Shown: positions 27,625-37,719 of the stretch, in pieces
Layout of the letters: the number at the start of each line of letters is the position of its first letter
Position numbering within the stretch: the first letter of the stretch is position 1
Source: an uncultured Bacilli bacterium
GTDB lineage: Bacteria > Bacillota_I > Bacilli_A > RF39 > UBA660
Direction of reading: 5' to 3'
Assembly: GCA_934086395.1 (NCBI GenBank)
Contig: CAKOIE010000004.1
Span: 285 to 64,284 of the forward strand
Length of the DNA: 64,000 bases
Made by a program: the position numbers and the translations under genes
The notes under the pieces: model-generated
Databases searched by the model: none
Told to the model about the DNA's origin: nothing
The model's input: the letters and a program-made list of their open reading frames with translations, nothing else

Positions 27625-29123
27625 TATCCCTTATGTCCTCCTACTTCTCTATTTCGGTCAATAGCAGTTGATCCTTCTTCTAAATTCATTCCTTTAAGAA
27701 TTGAGTTCTTTCCAAATTTATTTTTTATATCAATAATTGCATGTTGTAATTTTTTATCATCTTCTTGATGTTTTTTAGTCTCTTCTTTTTCTAATGTTTT
27801 ATCTATAGTGTTAAATAAATCTAATTGTTCAAACACTAAATCATTTTTAGTTTTACTTTCTGCTTTTAAATTACACACTGTAATATTTATTTTTCTTACT
27901 AAAAGATTTTTATTAACAATTTCATCATATAATAGAATACATTTTTCAGATAATATCTTACTTGAATAAGTATAATAATCTAAATTAATTGTTCCATGAC
28001 CATTTTTAGGTACATATCTTCCATAATTATCTTTACTTATTGGTCCATCATATTTATTTCTTATTTCTGGATTAGTTAAATTTGAAACATCATAAGTTAA
28101 ATCTAAAACTATTTGTTTTGTTGTTAGTTCTTTTTCCGTTAAGTCTAGTGCTAGGGAATCAATCATTTCTCTAACAATTAACTTTGCTTCATCATAATTA
28201 TAGGGGCGATGTAATACTTGGCCAGAGGATAAACTGCTTGTTTCTGGTTTATATTTTTTTACATCCTCTATTGTTGTTGGTTCATAACCCCATGCATGGT
28301 CTATTAATAATTCCGCGTTAACTCCAAACAAATTATATAAATAGTTTTCATTTTTAATGGACATTAATGCTACATCACCCATTGTATACATTCCATTTTC
28401 TTCTAACTTTTTAGCAATACCTTTTCCAACTCTCCAAAAAGAAGTTAATGGTTTATGTTTCCACAAAATTTTTCGATAAGATATTTCATCTAAGGAAGCC
28501 ATTCTAACACCAATTTCATTTGGTTTCATATGTTTAGCAACTATATCCATTGCAATTTTAGCTAAATACATATTAGTTCCAATTCCAGCAGTTGCAGTTA
28601 TTCCTGTTTCGTTATAAACATCTTTAATAATAGTTGTTGCAAGTTCCTCAGGTGTTTTTTTATAAAATTTTAAATAATTTGTAATATCACAAAATACTTC
28701 ATCTATTGAATAAGGAAATATATCTTCTGATGCTAAATATTTTAAATAAATATTATATATTTTAGTACTATAAAACATATATTTTTTCATTTGGGGAGTT
28801 GCTATTATATAATCTAGTTCTAAAGTTTTATTCTTTTTAAGTTCACTATCAAGATAAGATTTACCTCTAAATTGTCTATAATTATTTTCTTTTCTTCTTT
28901 TATTATTTACTTCTCTAACTTTTTGAACAACTTCAAATAATCTTGCTCTGCCTCCTAATCCATATTGTTTTAAACTAGGAGTTATAGCAAGACATACTGT
29001 CTTTTCAGTTCTACTATTATCGGCAACAACTAAATTTGTGTTTAATGGATTCAGGTTTCTTTCAACACATTCAACTGATGCATAAAAACTTTTTAAATCA
29101 ATACACATATAATATCTATTCAT
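27624..29123 (-). CDS. Y-family DNA polymerase (UmuC/UvrX-like)
   Basis: MCIDLKSFYASVECVERNLNP...LVVAD, an ImpB/MucB/SamB-type N-terminus. Confidence 0.85.
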   Translation of the reverse strand: MNRYYMCIDLKSFYASVECVERNLNPLNTNLVVADNSRTEKTVCLAITPSLKQYGLGGRARLFEVVQKVREVNNKRRKENNYRQFRGKSYLDSELKKNKTLELDYIIATPQMKKYMFYSTKIYNIYLKYLASEDIFPYSIDEVFCDITNYLKFYKKTPEELATTIIKDVYNETGITATAGIGTNMYLAKIAMDIVAKHMKPNEIGVRMASLDEISYRKILWKHKPLTSFWRVGKGIAKKLEENGMYTMGDVALMSIKNENYLYNLFGVNAELLIDHAWGYEPTTIEDVKKYKPETSSLSSGQVLHRPYNYDEAKLIVREMIDSLALDLTEKELTTKQIVLDLTYDVSNLTNPEIRNKYDGPISKDNYGRYVPKNGHGTINLDYYTYSSKILSEKCILLYDEIVNKNLLVRKINITVCNLKAESKTKNDLVFEQLDLFNTIDKTLEKEETKKHQEDDKKLQHAIIDIKNKFGKNSILKGMNLEEGSTAIDRNREVGGHKG

Positions 29124-29146
29124 ATCAATCACAATTAAATTATATC

Positions 29147-29158
29147 AAACAATTGTTT
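29147..29158. promoter_or_regulatory. 12-bp perfect palindrome AAACAATTGTTT in the polymerase promoter spacer (candidate operator)
   Basis: Lies between TTGTTA (-35) and TATAAT (-10) on the minus strand. Shares the CAATTG core with the palindrome at 30563-30574. Confidence 0.45.
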
Positions 29159-29220
29159 ATATAACAACAATATTTTTTTATTAATAACAATCATTTTGTC
29201 CGCTTAGACAAAATGGTACA

Positions 29221-30051
29221 TTAATTATTTTCTTTCAATTTTTTTATTTCTTCTTTTTCTAGTTCTTTTAGTGACTTTTTTGGAGTTGGTAAGTCTTCTG
29301 GCATAGAACCACCATTTTTAGCAATTACTTCTCTAATATTTTTACCAATATTATAATGAGTTTCGTTAGCATCTTTTTCGCCTGTTACATTATCTCTTTT
29401 TAATTTTGATTCAGTTTGTGATATACGAAAAAGATTAGCTGCTAACTCTTCACTACCCATATTATCTAGTATATCCTCTCGGTATCTTAAACCTTTTCTT
29501 TTAGCTATATCATCAGCAGATTCGCCATTATATAAACCTCTATATCCCGCATTATGAAATTTATCAAAATTTTTAACTCCACATTTTTTAGCAACTTGAT
29601 TCAAAGAATAATTTCCTTTTCTAGTTAAATTTCTTTGATAAAATCTTTTTTCATCTTCAGTTAACATAGAATATTCTTTTTCAGTTAATTCTTGTTTTCT
29701 TGTTTGAATTGCAAAATATGTTTGACCAAGTGCAACAACTTCCTTATTCGGACTTGCATTTTGAACTATCAAATAACATGCATATCTTGATAGTTTAAAA
29801 TCAACAACCTTTCTTTTTGCTGTTTTGCCTGCGGTGATCATTTTGTCCACTTGGACAAAATGATCTAATAGTGTAAAATTACTATTATTGCAGGCATCTT
29901 CGGCTTTGTCGATTACGCCTAAAAATTTTCGCCATTCTTTATAATCTAAAACTTGTTGCAACTCACGTGCAAACCAATATTCTTTACCATATTCATCAAT
30001 ATGTTTTATATCTTCAAAATTTTTTTCATTATATTTTTCTAGTGTATCCAT
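29221..30051 (-). CDS. dinD: DNA damage-inducible protein D
   Basis: FEDIKHIDEYGKEYWFARELQQVLDY..., LSRYACYLIVQNASP and ALGQTYFAIQTRKQE closely parallel E. coli DinD. Confidence 0.85.
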   Translation of the reverse strand: MDTLEKYNEKNFEDIKHIDEYGKEYWFARELQQVLDYKEWRKFLGVIDKAEDACNNSNFTLLDHFVQVDKMITAGKTAKRKVVDFKLSRYACYLIVQNASPNKEVVALGQTYFAIQTRKQELTEKEYSMLTEDEKRFYQRNLTRKGNYSLNQVAKKCGVKNFDKFHNAGYRGLYNGESADDIAKRKGLRYREDILDNMGSEELAANLFRISQTESKLKRDNVTGEKDANETHYNIGKNIREVIAKNGGSMPEDLPTPKKSLKELEKEEIKKLKENN

Positions 30052-30076
30052 TGTTCCTCACTAATTTAAACTATAA

Positions 30077-30514
30077 TTATTTACCACTAACTAATTCCTC
30101 ACATTTATTTGTTAATCTATTATAAACATCCTCTTCAAAACGAGATTTGTTAATCTTAAGTAATTTAAGCATAATAGATGGATCAACACTTAATCTCATT
30201 AAAGAATCAGTTTCATCAGATTGAATAAAAGTCTTTTCTAATCTATGAATTGAAATTTCTCCCATTCCTAGAGCAAAAGCATATTCTTTTTGAGACATGC
30301 CATATTTATTTCTAATTTCTTTAATGTCATTAGATGTTAATAATTCCTTTTCTTCTTTATAAGAATCAACTAATTTTTTATCATTTTCCATATCAAGTTT
30401 ATGATTATTTATCTCATTACCCGTATTTGAATCAATCATATATTCTTCAATGATTTCTAACATAACTCCTTTTACTTTTGCTTTTCTTTTTCTTGTTTTA
30501 ATAATATCTTCCAT
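30077..30514 (-). CDS. XRE-family helix-turn-helix protein
   Basis: DIKEIRNKYGMSQKEYAFALGMGEISIHRLEKT is an HTH_3-type motif in the C-terminal half. Confidence 0.6.
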   Translation of the reverse strand: MEDIIKTRKRKAKVKGVMLEIIEEYMIDSNTGNEINNHKLDMENDKKLVDSYKEEKELLTSNDIKEIRNKYGMSQKEYAFALGMGEISIHRLEKTFIQSDETDSLMRLSVDPSIMLKLLKINKSRFEEDVYNRLTNKCEELVSGK

Positions 30515-30562
30515 TTAAATTCTCCTTTTATTGCTATATATAATAACATAATAGTTTTGCCA

Positions 30563-30574
30563 TATCAATTGATA
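30563..30574. promoter_or_regulatory. 12-bp perfect palindrome TATCAATTGATA overlapping the -35 of the HTH/dinD promoter (candidate operator)
   Basis: On the minus strand, TTGATA-N17-TATTAT, with the palindrome covering the -35. Confidence 0.45.
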
Positions 30575-30589
30575 AATTACGAATTTTCG

Positions 30590-30625
30590 AAAAACTTTAA
30601 AAAAAGAAAACACCTATTTAGTGTC
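30590..30625 (-). terminator. Intrinsic terminator of the phosphoketolase gene
   Basis: Minus-strand hairpin AGAAGACAC-loop-GTGTTTTCT followed by U7. It overlaps the stop codon. Confidence 0.65.
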
Positions 30626-32953
30626 TTCTCTATTCCATTTAAAATTTACTACTTCAGGTATATCTATGCCATTTTCTTTAATATATTCATTATGATATTT
30701 TAAAGTTTCTTCACATTTATTAATAAGTGCTTGTTTCTTACTCTTATTAACCTTAACATACTTCATAGCATCTAAAATTAAATGATATCTATCTAATTTA
30801 TTTAATACTCTCATATCAAAAGGGGTTGTAATAGTTCCTTCTTCAATATAACCATGAACATGCATATTCTGATTACATCTTTTATAAGTAAGTTGATGAA
30901 TTAAGTGAGGATACCCATGAAATGCGAATATGATAGGTTTATCTTTAGTAAATAATTTATTATATTCATCATTAGATAATCCATGAGGATGATCACAGTC
31001 AGATTGTAATTTCATTAAATCAATAACATTAACAACTCTTATCTTAAGTTCAGGAATATATTCCTTCATAATCTGAGTTGCTGCAAGAACTTCAACGGTC
31101 GGTGTATCACCTGCACAAGCCATAACTATATCGGGATTATTATCACTAGCCCAGTCAAATATACCTATCCCATTAGCACAATGTTTACTTGCTTCTTCCA
31201 TATTAAGCCATTGATAAGAAGGATGTTTAGAAGCAACAATTAAATTAATATAATTTTTAGTTTGTAAAATATGGTTAGTACAAGAAAGTAACGTATTAGC
31301 ATCTATCGGTAAATAAATTCTAACAGTATCGGCTTTTTTAGTAACTAAGTGATTAATAAATCCCGGATCTTGATGAGTAAAACCATTATGATCTTGTTGC
31401 CAACAGTGACTAGTTAAAATATAATTTAAACTAGCTATATCACTTCTCCAAGAAATTTCCTTACACATTTTAAGCCATTTAGCATGTTGACTAGCCATAG
31501 AATCTACAATTCTTATAAATGCTTCATAACTATGCATTAAGCCATGTCTACCAGTTAATAAATATCCTTCTAACATACCTTCACAAACATGTTCTGATAA
31601 AATACTGTCAATAACCTTACCATTTGCTGCTAAATATTCATCACTAGAAAGTAACTGACCATTCCATTTTCTATTAGTAACCTTAAAAACATCATTAAAT
31701 CTATTAGATAACGCTTCATCAGGTCCAAAAATTCTAAAATTATCATTTTTCTTAATAACATCCATTAAATATGTACCTAAGTTTAACATATCACTTGCTA
31801 AAACAGTTCCATGGCCTTCAAATTTAACAGCATAATCTTTATAATCAGGTAATTTTAAATCCTTAAGAAGTAATCCCCCATTAGCATATTTACTACTACT
31901 CATTCTTTTATCTTTTTTAGGAACAAAATCTCTTATTTCCTTAATTACCCTACCACTAGCATCAAACAAATCATCTACTTTATAACTCTTAAGCCACTTC
32001 TCTAATAATTTTAAATTATCCGGATTAGCATCACTTACATTAATAGGAACTTGATGAGATCTAAATGAACCTTCTATCTTTAATCCATTATATTCTTTAA
32101 TTCCTGTCCATCCTTTAGGAGTTTTTAAAATAATCATTGGCCAATAAGGTCTCTTACTATTATTACTTAATTTAGCCTTACTTTGAATAGTTTTAATTTC
32201 TAATATAACCTTATCCATCGCTTCAGCCATTAATTTATGCATATCACTTACTTTAGAACCACTAACTATATATGGATGATATCCCATTCCTTCAAAGTAA
32301 CTAATAAGTTCTTTTTCGCTTATTCTTGCTAAAATAGTTGGATTAGCAATTTTATAACCATTTAAATGTAATATTGGTAAAACTGCGCCATCAGTTATGG
32401 GATTAATTAACTTATTTATTTGCCAACTTGCCGCAAGAGGACCAGTTTCTGCTTCGCCATCCCCAATCACACAAGCTGCAATTAACTTAGGATTATCTAA
32501 AACAGCACCATAAGCATGAGCTAAGCTATAACCTAGTTCCCCACCTTCATTAATAGATCCTGGAACATTTGGGGCAACATGAGAAGGAAGTCCTCCAGGA
32601 AAACTAAAACTTTTACAAAGTTTATTTAATCCTTCTAAATCATTAGTTACTTCAGGATATACTTCACTATAAGTTCCCTCAATATAAGAATTAGCAACCA
32701 TAGCCTGACCACTATGACCAGGACCTGAAATATAAATCATATTTAAATCATACTTGTTGATAACTCTATTTAAATGAGCATAAATAAAATTTTGTCCTGG
32801 TGCACTTCCCCAGTGTCCAACTAATTTCTTTTTAATATCATCCATTTCTAAAGGGGTTCTAAGTAAAGCATTGCTTTTTAAATAAATCATTGCACATGAT
32901 AAGTAATTAACTACTCTAAAATATTCATCTAACACTTTAAATTCATTATCCAT
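30614..32953 (-). CDS. xfp: Xylulose-5-P/fructose-6-P phosphoketolase
   Basis: GHWGSAPGQNFIYAHLNR, EGGELGYSLAHAYGA and GDGEAETGPLAASW are phosphoketolase signatures. About 780 aa. Confidence 0.95.
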   Translation of the reverse strand: MDNEFKVLDEYFRVVNYLSCAMIYLKSNALLRTPLEMDDIKKKLVGHWGSAPGQNFIYAHLNRVINKYDLNMIYISGPGHSGQAMVANSYIEGTYSEVYPEVTNDLEGLNKLCKSFSFPGGLPSHVAPNVPGSINEGGELGYSLAHAYGAVLDNPKLIAACVIGDGEAETGPLAASWQINKLINPITDGAVLPILHLNGYKIANPTILARISEKELISYFEGMGYHPYIVSGSKVSDMHKLMAEAMDKVILEIKTIQSKAKLSNNSKRPYWPMIILKTPKGWTGIKEYNGLKIEGSFRSHQVPINVSDANPDNLKLLEKWLKSYKVDDLFDASGRVIKEIRDFVPKKDKRMSSSKYANGGLLLKDLKLPDYKDYAVKFEGHGTVLASDMLNLGTYLMDVIKKNDNFRIFGPDEALSNRFNDVFKVTNRKWNGQLLSSDEYLAANGKVIDSILSEHVCEGMLEGYLLTGRHGLMHSYEAFIRIVDSMASQHAKWLKMCKEISWRSDIASLNYILTSHCWQQDHNGFTHQDPGFINHLVTKKADTVRIYLPIDANTLLSCTNHILQTKNYINLIVASKHPSYQWLNMEEASKHCANGIGIFDWASDNNPDIVMACAGDTPTVEVLAATQIMKEYIPELKIRVVNVIDLMKLQSDCDHPHGLSNDEYNKLFTKDKPIIFAFHGYPHLIHQLTYKRCNQNMHVHGYIEEGTITTPFDMRVLNKLDRYHLILDAMKYVKVNKSKKQALINKCEETLKYHNEYIKENGIDIPEVVNFKWNREDTK

Positions 32954-33097
32954 AATCATTCTCCTAAATTAAAGATTTAGCTATGAGATAGCCTAATATA
33001 AGACAAATTAATATAATTAAAAAAGATAATATAAGTTCTAACTTATTCTTTCTCACACAGCCTCAATCCTATTCTTTAATAACTATATCATAAAGTT

Positions 33098-33125
33098 TAA
33101 AAAAAATCTCAAAATTCTTTGAGAT
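33098..33125 (-). terminator. Intrinsic terminator
   Basis: Minus-strand hairpin AAATCTCAAA-GAAT-TTTGAGATTT followed by U8. Confidence 0.7.
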
Positions 33126-34322
33126 TTATAAACCATATCTTTTATTAAATTTATTAATTTGAGAATTATTACTATTTAATTGCTTTATTTTAGGTTCTTC
33201 TTGCTTTAATTCATTATCTTTATTTAAATTAAAATCTTTTTCACTTAATATAATATCCCTATTTCCAAAACAGATTTCTTTAATATTGATATTTTCAATT
33301 ATTCCATTATTTAAGCTTAATTCAATTTCTAATGCTTCAGGAACAGTTTGAATTAAGTTTGATATAGTTGGAACATATATATTTAGTCTATGATTATCTT
33401 TGTCTTGTTTAATATCATATTGATGAGCATGTCCATTTAAAATAATTTTAGAAGAACTTTTTAATTTTGGAAAGCCTTTTATTTCATGATGCATATGAAT
33501 AATTTCTTTTCCTATATTAAGAAAACTATTAGCATAATTAGTAATTATTACATCATCTCTATTCATATTACAAAATTTAATGAAATCAAAGTCATCTGTA
33601 AATTTAACACTATAATCATGATTCCCACCAACACCAAATGTGATTATATCCTTATCATAGGGATAATCTAAAGCAAAATGTTCAAATTGTTTAAAGTATC
33701 TTTCTATGATTTGCTTTCCTTTAGAAAATGCTCCATCAATAAAATCTCCACAAGCTAAAATAATATTAATACCTCTTTTCTTTGCATAATTAAACGCTCT
33801 ATTAACGGCATCAACATCTTCTTGACTATTTCCATAATGAAGATCAGATATAACAAGAAATCTTAAAATATTATTATTACCTATATTTAAAGTACTACCT
33901 TTGTTATATGTATTTTTTATATTCCCATTACTAATAATTTTTCCATCATAAAAATATTCTCTATCATAATTTCTACTAATTCCATGTACTTTTTTTAATT
34001 CAAAATATAAAGTTCGATAATCAATATTTAACTTTTCACATATTTCTCTATTTGTTTTACCTAAATTAACTAAATTTATGATATTTATTGTTAATTCGTT
34101 TAAAGAGGATAAACCATTTTTTCTATTTTTTTCAAGGATATTTGAAAATTTTAAAACAACACTGGTGGAAAATTTTTCTCTATCTTCATGATATTTAGGC
34201 CAATTAATACCTTTATCTTCAAAAATATTTCCTAAAATGCGATATTCTGATACTGTTAGTTCTCGAAGTGCAGTATCTATTTCATTTCCTGAATATTCAT
34301 TAAAAAATCCATATATACGCAT
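33126..34322 (-). CDS. Metallophosphoesterase with an N-terminal DNA-binding-like region
   Basis: Calcineurin-like motifs ISDLHYG, GDFIDG, GGNHD and GHAHQ in the C-terminal half. A GAGGGGTGA RBS precedes the ATG at 34322. Confidence 0.7.
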   Translation of the reverse strand: MRIYGFFNEYSGNEIDTALRELTVSEYRILGNIFEDKGINWPKYHEDREKFSTSVVLKFSNILEKNRKNGLSSLNELTINIINLVNLGKTNREICEKLNIDYRTLYFELKKVHGISRNYDREYFYDGKIISNGNIKNTYNKGSTLNIGNNNILRFLVISDLHYGNSQEDVDAVNRAFNYAKKRGINIILACGDFIDGAFSKGKQIIERYFKQFEHFALDYPYDKDIITFGVGGNHDYSVKFTDDFDFIKFCNMNRDDVIITNYANSFLNIGKEIIHMHHEIKGFPKLKSSSKIILNGHAHQYDIKQDKDNHRLNIYVPTISNLIQTVPEALEIELSLNNGIIENINIKEICFGNRDIILSEKDFNLNKDNELKQEEPKIKQLNSNNSQINKFNKRYGL

Positions 34323-34396
34323 AATATCACCCCTCATATTTGCTATGTACTTTAGCATTTTCCCATAAAAAAAGCAAGTTAATATATGTATACTTA

Positions 34397-35338
34397 CTAT
34401 TTACAAATATTTTCTAAATATAAATCTAAATATATTTTTACTTTAGGAATAGATTCACTATCTAATGTAAAACCAGATGCTTTAGGATGACCGCCACCAT
34501 TATGATGAAATTCACTTGCAATTACTGATACATCTACATTATCTTTTTCACATCTTAATGAACAACTTAGTCTCTCAAAATTTATAATTAAAACAAAATC
34601 AATATCTTTATTTTTCTTACAAATATAATCACCTAATAAAGAACGATATTGTTCGTTAATAGTAATAGCCATTTTATAGTCTTTATAATCAGTTATGACT
34701 ATTTTTTCATAGGCTTTTTCAAAATAATTATTCATTTTCTTTTCATTAGATATAATTAAATTTTCAATTTCTTTAGTAATTTTAAATTCATCACTATCAT
34801 CTAAGGAACAAATATATTCTATAAAACTAATTGGTTCCATAAAGGTAAATACATTAGTTATTTTCTTGCCTAATTCAAAGTTGCCATTTTTATCCCAAAT
34901 ATCATATGCTCTTACGCCTTCAACAAATTCTTCATAAAATCTTTTATTCAATTTATCACTTAAAGAATTTAAATATTGATAAAATAAATAGGTTGCGGAT
35001 ACTTTTAAGCCATTTATACTAATAACTTCATTTATAAAAGAATGATTATTATCACTTACACTTGATTCATGATGATCAAAATGTTTTAGATGTTCTTTTA
35101 AATAATTATTATTTTCTATAACATTAATGGTTTCTTTATAAAAAGGTAAATCGCAAATAAATATTTGATTATAATTACTAAAATCTTCTTTAAGTAATTC
35201 TTCTAAATCACTTGATTCACAAAGTATATAATCAATATTTTGAAAATATTTAATACCTAAAATTACACTTCCCATTCCATCACAATCTGCTATATGAGAG
35301 ATAATTAATATTTTATTATTATTTTGTTTTCTTATCAT
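34397..35338 (-). CDS. DHH/DHHA1 family phosphoesterase
   Basis: SHIADCDGMGS, FDHHES, GGGHPKASGF. Confidence 0.75.
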   Translation of the reverse strand: MIRKQNNNKILIISHIADCDGMGSVILGIKYFQNIDYILCESSDLEELLKEDFSNYNQIFICDLPFYKETINVIENNNYLKEHLKHFDHHESSVSDNNHSFINEVISINGLKVSATYLFYQYLNSLSDKLNKRFYEEFVEGVRAYDIWDKNGNFELGKKITNVFTFMEPISFIEYICSLDDSDEFKITKEIENLIISNEKKMNNYFEKAYEKIVITDYKDYKMAITINEQYRSLLGDYICKKNKDIDFVLIINFERLSCSLRCEKDNVDVSVIASEFHHNGGGHPKASGFTLDSESIPKVKIYLDLYLENICK

Positions 35339-35341
35339 TTT

Positions 35342-35614
35342 TTACCTATGGATACCCTTTCTATTTAGACTCAAACTTTTAAAACTAAAATCTTTATCTA
35401 TTTCTACTTCTTTATTTTCATGCATAACTATTCCACAACAAGGACAAACTGGAAATAAATTATATATATTTTTACTTGGCATATATAATGATTCATTTAT
35501 AACAGGTGTTAATTCATAACAATTAGTACAAACAAATATTGATATTTCTTTTTCAATTCTTCCTAGGAGCCAACTAGCAGTACATTTTCCATTTAAAGTC
35601 GTGTCTTTTTCCAT
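35342..35614 (-). CDS. Small zinc-ribbon protein
   Basis: CTNC...CPCCG cysteine pairs. Gaps of 2-3 nt to the flanking genes suggest an operon. Confidence 0.5.
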   Translation of the reverse strand: MEKDTTLNGKCTASWLLGRIEKEISIFVCTNCYELTPVINESLYMPSKNIYNLFPVCPCCGIVMHENKEVEIDKDFSFKSLSLNRKGIHR

Positions 35615-35616
35615 AA

Positions 35617-36792
35617 TTATAATACCTTCTTTTCTATTTCTTTTAAATATAATTCATATGTTTCATTAGCAATATCTTTCCAGCTTTTGCCTAACATTTC
35701 CCTAGCGTTTTTACCAACTTTATTTAGAAGTTCTTTATTATTTAATATCTCAATTATTCTTTTTTCATAAGAACTAACATCCATAACAGAATTAAAACCA
35801 TTGTAATTATCTTTAATCATTTTTCCAACCAAACTACCATTTATAAATAATCCTGGAGTTTCATTAACCGCTGCTTCAATTCTAACTAAACTAGAAGTAT
35901 CCATTAATGAAGGAAATAATAATAAATCGCTTCTTAAATATAAAGCTGACAAAAATTCTCTATCAATAATTCTTCCTGTAAAATATACATTATTATTTAA
36001 TCTATAGTTATCTATCATATTTTTAAGTTTATTTTCATCAAATCCGGTTCCTACAAAAAACATTTTAAATTCAAAATTATCATCTTTAAGTTTTTTTAAT
36101 ACATCAGCAATAAAGAAAATATTCTTAATATCAATTAATCTACCTACAAAAATTAATACTGTTTCATCTTGTTTTAAATCAAATAACTTATTAATAGAAA
36201 CAATTGCTTTTTCCTTATTTTTAATTGGTACTAAATCAGTTCCATTATATATTGTAATAGGCTTATTTTTATAACCAAATTCATGTAATTCTTCTTCTAA
36301 AAATTCATTAACTACTATGCACTTATCACAAGCGTTAAAAACATTCATAAGTTCTTTCATTATTAGTTTTACAATATATTCATTATTAGTAAATCTTTTA
36401 ATCTCATAATCAAATCTTGTATGAACAGTACAAATACAAGGAATATTTAATTTTTTTGCTACTTTAATACCTAACTTACCAATATAAAATGGTGAATGAA
36501 TATGAATTATGTCAAATTTTTCTTCTATTAATGTTTTATATGATTCATTCATTCTAGTTTGCATAAGGGATACACGATATTCAGTAAATGGGACTGGAAG
36601 GCTTTTTACTCTTATTACTTTATATGGTCTATCTTTATCATCACAAACACTTTTTGTATAGGGAACAACTACAACTACGTCATTATATTTGGATAATTCT
36701 TTAGCTAGATTATCAACTACATTTACAACTCCATCTATAGCTGGAAAAAATGAATCTAGAAATAATCCTATTTTTAATCTTTTATTGTTCAT
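35617..36792 (-). CDS. Glycosyltransferase family 4 (group 1)
   Basis: GT-B fold pattern with an N-terminal GLFLDSFFPAIDGV and a C-terminal FPSLMDTSSLVRIEAAVNETP (E-x7-E-like). Confidence 0.75.
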   Translation of the reverse strand: MNNKRLKIGLFLDSFFPAIDGVVNVVDNLAKELSKYNDVVVVVPYTKSVCDDKDRPYKVIRVKSLPVPFTEYRVSLMQTRMNESYKTLIEEKFDIIHIHSPFYIGKLGIKVAKKLNIPCICTVHTRFDYEIKRFTNNEYIVKLIMKELMNVFNACDKCIVVNEFLEEELHEFGYKNKPITIYNGTDLVPIKNKEKAIVSINKLFDLKQDETVLIFVGRLIDIKNIFFIADVLKKLKDDNFEFKMFFVGTGFDENKLKNMIDNYRLNNNVYFTGRIIDREFLSALYLRSDLLLFPSLMDTSSLVRIEAAVNETPGLFINGSLVGKMIKDNYNGFNSVMDVSSYEKRIIEILNNKELLNKVGKNAREMLGKSWKDIANETYELYLKEIEKKVL

Positions 36793-36869
36793 AATCATAC
36801 CTCTATAATAATTAAATAAAATTTTTTAATAAAAATCAATTATAATTAAAAAAATAAGGAAATTAATCC

Positions 36870-37559
36870 TTATAAATATTTGTTCCAATTATTAGGTAAA
36901 TAAACTATTTCGTTATTATAATTTATTTTATCCCACTTATAACCATTTGCATAACCTGCATTTTTAACAAGTAACTCACATTTTGTTCCATAAGGAATGG
37001 CTTTATATTTAGGATATTTAAAGCCAATACCTTTTCGGCACCATACTCCACTTTTGGCTGTTATTATAAAATTTTTTCTTACTGGTTCATCTTCATTATA
37101 ATAAAGTAATTTATATTCATTAGTTTTTGCTACAACATTATCATTATAAATATATACATGTTCTCTAGGATTTACTCTGGCACCATTTTTCCAAACTATA
37201 AAATGCAAATGATATGCTCTATTTTTACCACAGTAACCACTATTTCCCATTTTACCTATTACTCTACTTGCCTCCACTTTATCTCCTACTTTTACATTAA
37301 TACTATTTTTAAGCATATGACAGGTTCTTGTTTTATATCCGTCAGGATATTTAATTGTTACGAAATTGCCACTATCACCGTAATTTAATGAATTATTTTT
37401 ACCATCTACTACTTCTGTAACAATTCCATCACCACAAGCATATATATCAGCAGTTCTACCACCATATTTATTATTCCAACCTAAATCATTAGCGCGATGA
37501 TAGGAACTATAGTCTTGAGTTATCCCTACAAATTTTAGGGGATATTTTAATTTAATCAT
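36870..37559 (-). CDS. M23 family metallopeptidase with a C-terminal SH3-like region
   Basis: GDGIVTEV..., GKMGNSGYCGKNRAYHLHFIVWKNG (M23 H-x-H). No signal peptide seen. Confidence 0.7.
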   Translation of the reverse strand: MIKLKYPLKFVGITQDYSSYHRANDLGWNNKYGGRTADIYACGDGIVTEVVDGKNNSLNYGDSGNFVTIKYPDGYKTRTCHMLKNSINVKVGDKVEASRVIGKMGNSGYCGKNRAYHLHFIVWKNGARVNPREHVYIYNDNVVAKTNEYKLLYYNEDEPVRKNFIITAKSGVWCRKGIGFKYPKYKAIPYGTKCELLVKNAGYANGYKWDKINYNNEIVYLPNNWNKYL

Positions 37560-37719
37560 AATATACCTCTTTCTTAATAAATTAAACTAAGAAACTACAT
37601 CTATAATATTTAATGAATTATTATAAATTTTGTATATTATAAAAACACAATATTTGATATATTGTGTTTAAAAAATATTTTGTATTAAAAAAGCCCATAA
37701 AATGGGCGAAAATTACTAT

